Position numbers and translations under genes: made by a program. A DNA stretch of 63,999 nt, counting the filler, from Chlamydiia bacterium (GTDB taxonomy: Bacteria; Chlamydiota; Chlamydiia; Chlamydiales; FEN-1388): assembly GCA_903848235.1 (NCBI GenBank). It is 9 parts of 9 records of this genome, joined end to end, with 100 filler letters (N's around TTAATTAATTAA, not from the genome) between each part and the next. Parts side by side here need not be neighbours in the genome. Positions count along the whole stretch, not along the records: positions 54,360 to 58,803 come from CAINFV010000047.1; positions 58,904 to 61,742 come from CAINFV010000048.1; positions 61,843 to 63,999 come from CAINFV010000058.1; 6 more parts are not named here. The stretch is one strand, 5' to 3'. The notes below the pieces were generated by a model. The model was not told the origin of the DNA, did not search any database, and saw nothing but the letters and a program-made list of their open reading frames with translations. Positions 57,562 to 63,999 of this stretch are shown here, in pieces; position 1 is the first letter of the stretch, and each line of letters opens with the position of its first letter.

Positions 57562-58692
57562 TCAGCTGCCCATACGCCGCAACCTTCGAATGCCGACGAA
57601 AAGCGCGATGATCCATGGCGCAAGGAGTATTGGCGTTGGCCGTATAAAAGGAATGCGCGCGAGGACTGCAGAAGCGTGAATAGCAAGTTCGAAGCAGAAG
57701 AGGGCGGCAAGAGAGCCGAAAACTAAAAGTGCCTGGGGGAACCGTCTCTCAAAACGAAAGCAGAATGGCGCTGGGATGAGGACGGCGAGCAGGGCAAGAA
57801 AAGGGGACAAGAGCTTTCCGTAAAAGGCAATAGTGGTTTCCGTTGCACGTTCTGAGCGCGAAGAGCCAAACCGTGACATCAAGACGCCAAGCTGCGTGAT
57901 CGACAAGTCTCGTGGATCCGCTGTGGACATTTTCACCGTGCTGCGGGTGAACTTTAGCTGTGTCAGCTCGCAGAAGGGATAGGAAGCTGTTTTTACCATT
58001 TTTCCTGATGGCTCTCTCTCGATGACATCAACACCTTGTCCTTCTGGAGGCCGATCGCGGAAGTACGAGAGCTGTTCAATGTGAAGAATGTAGTCTGCAG
58101 AACGTACCCAGAAGGCGTCGGTGATCTTTCTATGAAGGGGGTCATGCTGAAAGAAGAAGAGCCTGCTCCCCTCAGGGAAGAGGACGACGCCAAGGCGCGA
58201 AGGCTCTTCATGAATGGACTTACGCCCGAAGTCTGACTCGATGATCCTGTGATGGCGTCGTATGGCTCTGGGGAGGAGATACTCGGCGTTACACCACAGA
58301 AGAAAAGAGGCAAAGAGCGCGACAGCTAGAAAAGGTCGGAAGATCTGTTGTAGGGAGACCCCGGCGTTGAGAAGAGGGATGAGTTCGTTGGTGCGTACGA
58401 TGCGAGGGATGAGAATGGCTGTTGCTGCAGCAAGAGAAAAGGCAAAGAGAATCTGAAGCCTACAGCTGAACATGCATATATAATATGCACCCCATGTCTT
58501 CCAGCTCGTCTCGGGGTCAAAGACATCTTTGATGTGAGAGAGTAAATCGGCAAAGACAAAAAGTCCGAAGGCAATAGCAGAAAGAGCAGCAGCAAGTAGC
58601 CCGAAACGAACGAAGAAATATCGCCACCATATGGGAATGCCGCAACGATACCATGTGTTCTGGGGAATCACAAAATTAGTATTCCATGCCAT
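57562..58692 (-). CDS. lptG: LptF/LptG family permease (LptG position)
   Basis: IWWRY start, NELIPLLNAGVSL..I.RP, six-TM layout. Confidence 0.82.
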   Translation of the reverse strand: MAWNTNFVIPQNTWYRCGIPIWWRYFFVRFGLLAAALSAIAFGLFVFADLLSHIKDVFDPETSWKTWGAYYICMFSCRLQILFAFSLAAATAILIPRIVRTNELIPLLNAGVSLQQIFRPFLAVALFASFLLWCNAEYLLPRAIRRHHRIIESDFGRKSIHEEPSRLGVVLFPEGSRLFFFQHDPLHRKITDAFWVRSADYILHIEQLSYFRDRPPEGQGVDVIEREPSGKMVKTASYPFCELTQLKFTRSTVKMSTADPRDLSITQLGVLMSRFGSSRSERATETTIAFYGKLLSPFLALLAVLIPAPFCFRFERRFPQALLVFGSLAALFCFELAIHASAVLARIPFIRPTPILLAPWIIALFVGIRRLRRMGS

Positions 58693-58801
58693 GTTCTAAC
58701 CTTGTTTTCAGCGTAGAAGCAAACATCCAGAGAATCGGATGGGGAAGCAGATAGAAGAAGATCGCAGCGGGTGCGACGTCATCCAGATTTTTGCCTGCTA
58801 G
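58676..58801 (-). CDS. C-terminus of an upstream LptF-like permease (5' end cut)
   Basis: LAGKNLDDVAPAAIFFYLLPHPILW...* overlapping the lptG start. Confidence 0.6.
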   Translation of the reverse strand, partial: LAGKNLDDVAPAAIFFYLLPHPILWMFASTLKTRLEHGMEY

Positions 58802-58903
58802 ATNNNNNNNNNNNNNNNNNNNNNNNNNNNNNNNNNNNNNNNNNNNNTTAATTAATTAANNNNNNNNNNNNNNNNNNNNNNNNNNNNNNNNNNNNNNNNN
58901 NNN

Positions 58904-59772
58904 GCTGTCCTAACTGATGGGATCTCCTGCTTCAATACAATAGTCTGTGGATAAGAGCCTAGGAACGCCTTCAAATCCTCGTCCTGTCCTCTCCACTCTG
59001 TCGTCTCGCCTGTTTCTGTGTCCACTATCAGTTGAGCTGTCCTAGAGGACATGTATGAGTATTCGTCGTATGTCAATAAATCCTTCTGGGCATAGCTGAA
59101 CGACTCTGGCATGTACATGAACTTCCCGTCTCGATTCCCTAAGGACTGCATGGCCTTGATCTCGTCCTCTCTCCCAGGAAGTAAGGATTTAGCCTGCGTT
59201 CGAGAGACATACTTCCTAATCCAAACAGAGTTGCAGTCAGATAAGTCTTTCTTCTTAAAGAATGGGTCAATTAGGAATCCATTGTATGATAGGTTATCGA
59301 CAACTATATCCCCATTGACAGGGTCTTTTGTCCAGTCAACCCAGACGCTCAGAAGATTCATGCCAGCCACACAAGCGCCTTCAAATGCTTCACTAATTGT
59401 CTCTAACACATGCCCATTGTTGTTTACGTGGTACATGAGCTTGGTCATTTGGTCAGCTGTGGCTTGGGAAGCTTGCTCTATAGGGTTGACGATCGTGCTC
59501 TTTCTGTGCTGTCTCTGATGCCCTGTGATCATGTTGATAGATCGTCGAAGCCTGTTGAAGTTCCAGTTCTTCTTTCGATAGATGGGACTCCCCCCTTGAT
59601 TCTCGTTGTACAAGGCTTGATCCCCTGCCACGAATCGATTGTCAATGTCAGCCTCGTTCCAGTAGGACTGATTAAGGACTATGTTTTTATTATAGTCGTC
59701 CTCCATCCTTTGAAGGATATTCTTGTCATTATCAACATAGTATTGGTCTGGTACGTATGGAAAGAATGTCAT
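58904..59772 (-). CDS. Phage portal protein, P22-like (3' end cut)
   Basis: D.RFVAGDQ, FNRLRRSINMITGHQRQ, IDP..KKKDLSDC patterns. Confidence 0.75.
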
Positions 59773-59807
59773 ATAAGCCCTTGTAAGAATTTTCTTTACA
59801 ATAAGGG

Positions 59808-60446
59808 CTAGGGGGATTTTTGGGAATATATGGTTGATACAGACTGTATGTTGCGTTCTGCATCATCTAATTTTTTAGCATGTTTAACTTTAAAATCATT
59901 CCATTCGTAAATTATAAAAGTTGAGTTTTTATTTATAAAATCATATAGAAATAAAGAAAAATCATGATAATTCTTATAAATACCTTCTTCTCGCATTATT
60001 TTTGAGCTTAAAATACATGAAGCTATTGCTTTAACAATATCTTTTTTCTCTGCTTTTGACACGTCAGCAATCCTTCCCAAAACCATATTAGAAGTTGTCC
60101 CTTCCGAAAAGCAAATCATTATTTGATTCTCTTCTTTAATTATTTTTTCCTTTAATTTATCTCCTGGAGTTACTCCAAAAGTCTCTCTAACATATGTCAA
60201 GGCTTCTTCCTCATTGTTAAAGTACATCTTTTTGTTACTATGAGAATGAGAATGGCATTTTTTACAAAGAGTCATTAGCAAATCTGGATGGACTTCATAT
60301 ATTTGTTTGTTATTAATATATGCTAAATGGTGGACATTCAAGATACCTTCATCAGAGCCACACTTTTTACATTTATGATTATCTCTGTAAAGAACACGAT
60401 TTCTAAGAATTATCCATTTTGTTTTTGTGTAAGGAGACCTTGACAT
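59808..60446 (-). CDS. HNH endonuclease
   Basis: W...R..VL.RDNHKCKKCG ... LNVHH ... LMTLCKKCH. Confidence 0.9.
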   Translation of the reverse strand: MSRSPYTKTKWIILRNRVLYRDNHKCKKCGSDEGILNVHHLAYINNKQIYEVHPDLLMTLCKKCHSHSHSNKKMYFNNEEEALTYVRETFGVTPGDKLKEKIIKEENQIMICFSEGTTSNMVLGRIADVSKAEKKDIVKAIASCILSSKIMREEGIYKNYHDFSLFLYDFINKNSTFIIYEWNDFKVKHAKKLDDAERNIQSVSTIYSQKSP

Positions 60447-60775
60447 TATTTTTCGTCCACCACTTGTTGATCAATCTTCTTCTTCAGCTCGATAAACTGT
60501 AGCAACTCCACGACCTCAGACCTCTTATAGATCGCCATGATAGGCTTGACCGAAGTAAATTTTGGAGCAATCCCCCATTCCAACCATTTAAGCATGAAGT
60601 CAGAGCCCTCTACTAGCCCTAGGTCGAATAGGTCATCTGCTACTAGGTACTCTCTCTCTGGGAGCATATCTCTAATAGTTCTCTCCTTGCATATCTGTTT
60701 TGGCTTAGGGCGATGCTCCTTTTTAACTTTCTCATACAACTCCACAAACTTTTCTTCAGAAACTACAGCGTCCAT
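60446..60775 (-). CDS. Phage hypothetical protein, possibly DNA-binding
   Basis: TAATG coupling to the HNH gene; GIAPKF...IYKRSEV resembles an AlpA/Xis wing. Confidence 0.6.
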   Translation of the reverse strand: MDAVVSEEKFVELYEKVKKEHRPKPKQICKERTIRDMLPEREYLVADDLFDLGLVEGSDFMLKWLEWGIAPKFTSVKPIMAIYKRSEVVELLQFIELKKKIDQQVVDEK

Positions 60776-61141
60776 ATTGGCCTAGTGATTGATGATTTTG
60801 ATTCTTTTTTGTAGGGTAGGAAGGAGAAGATTAAACATCAATAGGATTAAGTAGAAATATTCAGCTGTTGACAGGACCAACAACCATCTTACTATGAGTA
60901 ATCTATATATATCCTCTTCTTCTTAAGAGAGTGTTGAAGTGTTCGTAACTCCTAAATCCCCCTATCAACCCCATTGTCTATAGCATTGTTCACCCCTGTT
61001 TACAACTGAGTAAAATTGAGAGGCTTGTTGAGTAAATCCTTATTGTGAACAATCTATGGTATGGGTATATGTGGTTGATCCTTCACAAAGTGGTGTAGGG
61101 GTGGGTATAAGAGAGGCAATGGAAAACAAGGAAGAGGAAGT

Positions 61142-61552
61142 ATGACGATTGAAGATGTAATTGATAGCGGGAAGGTCGAGGACTTGCCTGGAGATGCAGA
61201 GAAAGAGGCGATAATGGCGAGGCAAATGGAGTACGTCAGGGGAGCGTTAGATGGGCTTAGGGCGGTAGCAGAGACGAAGAGTATGAAGGAGCTTTCTAAA
61301 GATGAAAAGATTTTTGAGATTAGGGCACAGCTGGAGTCGCTACCCTCAATAGTTATGACAGTCATCATGAGTCAAGGACAGGCTCCTGAGGTTAACATCA
61401 ACATCTTAACAAGTCTGGTTAACGTCTTTGATAACATTATTACAGAGATGGTCGACCACCTAGAGAGGGGCAAGGAAAAAGGGGAAGCTGAGTATGTGGC
61501 GACAGCGAAGGCAGTGCTGGAGGATGTGAGGGCGATAGGGGGGGGAAGTTAA
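61142..61552 (+). CDS. Phage hypothetical helical protein
   Basis: GAGG RBS; 136-aa ORF. Confidence 0.65.
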   Translation: MTIEDVIDSGKVEDLPGDAEKEAIMARQMEYVRGALDGLRAVAETKSMKELSKDEKIFEIRAQLESLPSIVMTVIMSQGQAPEVNINILTSLVNVFDNIITEMVDHLERGKEKGEAEYVATAKAVLEDVRAIGGGS

Positions 61553-61624
61553 GAAGTTAGAGAGTTGAGGGGTGTGGAAGTTAGATGGTTAAGGAGTTGT
61601 GAACTTAAGAACTTAAGGAGTTAG
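61545..61624 (+). repeat. Ten degenerate 8-bp tandem repeats (consensus G[A/G]AGTTA[A/G])
   Basis: GAAGTTAA GAAGTTAG AGAGTTGA GGGGTGTG GAAGTTAG ATGGTTAA GGAGTTGT GAACTTAA GAACTTAA GGAGTTAG. Confidence 0.75.
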
Positions 61625-61842
61625 AGGAATGTTTATTAGGACTGAAGAAGGCGAGATAGTTAACGCTGATTATATCGTGTCTGCGTATTGTATACTTACT
61701 AAGCCTTTTAGTGGTGAAAAATGGATTGTAAGGCTGTTTCTANNNNNNNNNNNNNNNNNNNNNNNNNNNNNNNNNNNNNNNNNNNNTTAATTAATTAANN
61801 NNNNNNNNNNNNNNNNNNNNNNNNNNNNNNNNNNNNNNNNNN

Positions 61843-62931
61843 CGGCACAAACTCCAACAGATTTTCTCTGTGGTTCTCCAGATATTTTCGTACGGGCTCA
61901 ATCCGATGGCGACACGCATTCTCTCGTAATAATAATTCATCGATCACGAATTGAAGGAGCTCTCTTCTGGTCTGATATGAAGGCCCAACCAATGAAAGAA
62001 TATCGTTTTTCAGCCACCCAAAGAGAGTCTCTACGTCTTCTGCCAGAGAAAATGCCTTTTCCAAGGCAATTTCAGCCTGTTCAAGGCTCTGGAATAATGT
62101 TTGATGGTTCTGTTCCTGTTTCCATTTTCCCCTTGGACATTGGATTTTATGCCTGAGTTCCTCGACTATTTTGAGTGCGTCCGCCACTCGGTTGTCCAGA
62201 TAGCAAATAAGCTTGTGCAATGGGTATAGGGCATGAAAAACATCGCCGTGGCAGGAAACCTCAGGCCATGCATCTTTTTGCCCTCTCCTTGCCGCAAGTC
62301 CGCCGTCAGCAACAGTGTGATTCGGCATAAGACATTGTTTCTCAGAGAGGTCTAAAAGCCGAACTCCCCATGTGTTGGCGTCACACGTGTCTTCCAGGCT
62401 GAGGAGATAGCAATACGTAGAGAATGTATCGCATCCTACTAAGACGGGATCGCCGGCCTGATAAATCTCATCATGAGCCCCCACTCTTATTTGAGAGAGG
62501 TTCTGATGGCGATTGATGTCTTTTGCTCTCTCGAGAGCGGTATAAACAATGTTGTGGACGGTTCCCTTTGATATCGGGTAATCGAATAGGTCTCGTAATA
62601 TCTCCACGACTCCATCGTATGAACTATGGCCTATTAAAATCTGTCCGAGTACGAATTGGTGAATCCATTGCTTCGTAATAGGTAGGTGAAAAAGGACTGA
62701 ATTGTCGTTGGCCCTCTCTTCAAAGGCTTGCGAAATGGCGCCACGAGCCTTCTCTTGTTGTTGATAAATGAACTTTCTGCTCACAGAGTAACTGTCCGCC
62801 ATTTGTGAGATAGTGGCTTTTTTTCCCAAGGACAGAATCGCGATTTCTTGACGCTGAGCGGAGCCCAAGGAATGGGCGGCGAAGTTTTCTTTAAAGTTAA
62901 GGGATGTTTGTGCAGTAATGGATGCTGACAT
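61843..62931 (-). CDS. DDE-type transposase, family unclear (3' end cut)
   Basis: N-terminal HTH; HDEIY...VLVGCD, VADGG, GDVFH; element end near 63035. Confidence 0.7.
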
Positions 62932-63011
62932 AGCTATTGATCCTGTAAACGGTTTGTGGATAAATGTTATACAGAAAAATTGATTGCTATGTCACCTTTT
63001 TTCGGAAAATG

Positions 63012-63746
63012 TTACCCGCTTTTGAACGGAGTCAATTTCTCGATTAGCGTTGCGATATAGAAAATGTGATCCAGCGCCTGCCGTATGAGAAAGCGGTGGT
63101 GGGGGGTAACACGCCCCGTCAGAGCCTTTATAAAATCCTCTTCCGATTTTTTGACATTGCCAACAATGTGCTTCACAAGATTCTTTGGATCAGTTTCTCC
63201 CTTGGCTAGATCCTCAATGATGCTACTGCCCGTCGTTCCAAAAACGTCGCTGAGGACAGACGAAAGCTTGATGTTTGCCGTCTCTAATATTTTAATGATC
63301 CTATTTTTTTCGGAGGCCATCGATCCCACAAGCTTGCTACGATAGCGAGTAAGGTCTCTGAGATTACGCATGTCTTCAGGAGGAATGAAGTTGCGTTCAA
63401 GTAGTCCCGACTTCAAAAGCTTACACAGCCATTCACTGTCCTTGATATCTGTCTTACGGCCAGGGACGTTTTTGACGTGTCTCGCATTAACCAGCATGAG
63501 GTCAAGGTGTTCTTCAACAGCCAAAATGTTAAATACAGGCTTCCAATACACTCCTGTGCTCTCTATGGCCACGCGGGTAATTTCGTGTTCCTTAAGCCAC
63601 GCTCCAAAGGCCTGAATATCTCCTGTGAATGTCGCAAACTGACGAATCTTTTTGATCATATTCTTTCCGCTTCCGATCATAATACAAGCCGTCAGGCTTT
63701 CCTTGTGCACATCAACGCCACAGCACCTATCAAGCATTTCTTCCAT
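63012..63746 (-). pseudogene. IS110 family recombinase truncated by insertion of the neighbouring IS
   Basis: DEDD domain GVDVHK, AIESTGVYW, KTDIKDS; Tnp20 domain absent; last codons come from the adjacent IS end. Confidence 0.85.
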
Positions 63747-63999
63747 ACAGACACTCCTTCGCCAAAATTTAGGATCAAAAAGAGCTGATGATAATAAAAG
63801 TTCGGATGATTGGCAGCAAAATTTTGAACCTACGCCAGCACAGACGGGCCTTGAGTCGATATGGAATGATGCAAATCGGAATAGCCATTAACAGGGGGCG
63901 CGTACCTGGAGAAGCCCTGTAATACACTCAGAACCCGTTTTCATAGATTCTTGTGAATCGACGAAGTCATTCATGAAGGTTTTCTCCAGTTTCCCCAAC

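Noticed and set aside
1..63999. CRISPR array or cas genes
   Set aside because: No 23-47-bp direct repeats with unique spacers seen; the repeats are palindromes or in-frame duplications

Overview
The window is a pseudo-scaffold of nine contigs joined by artificial 100-bp linkers (44 N + TTAATTAATTAA + 44 N), so gene adjacency is only meaningful within a contig. Contigs 1 (1-13369) and 5 (28749-50043) come from an environmental Chlamydiae genome, shown by euo, tandem NTT transporters and the PVC small basic protein. Contigs 4 (17876-28648) and 7 (54360-58803) share palindromic repeat families with them and are probably from the same genome. These contigs carry housekeeping genes (rplS, rnhB, glgA, rny, ybeY, lptG, a murF-alr fusion), mevalonate-pathway genes, an ATP-type pfkA, many effector-like orphans and abundant palindromic MITE-like elements. 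The other contigs are IS-only (13470-15806, 61843-63999), methanogen-like archaeal (15907-17775), an integrase cluster at tRNA-Gly (50144-54259) and a tailed-phage fragment (58904-61742), so the bin is probably chimeric. Three observations stand out. (1) A complete iscB-less omega/HEARO RNA element sits between a host gene's Shine-Dalgarno and its ATG, with a possible built-in replacement RBS. (2) An archaeal leuA-like gene has no canonical in-frame start and is overlapped by a probable leaderless uORF with CTT-CTA Leu codons, a candidate leucine-sensing +1 frameshift. (3) A Sel1/TPR protein ends in a CaaX box in a chlamydia that also encodes mevalonate enzymes. All calls are from motif recognition by eye; no database search was run.
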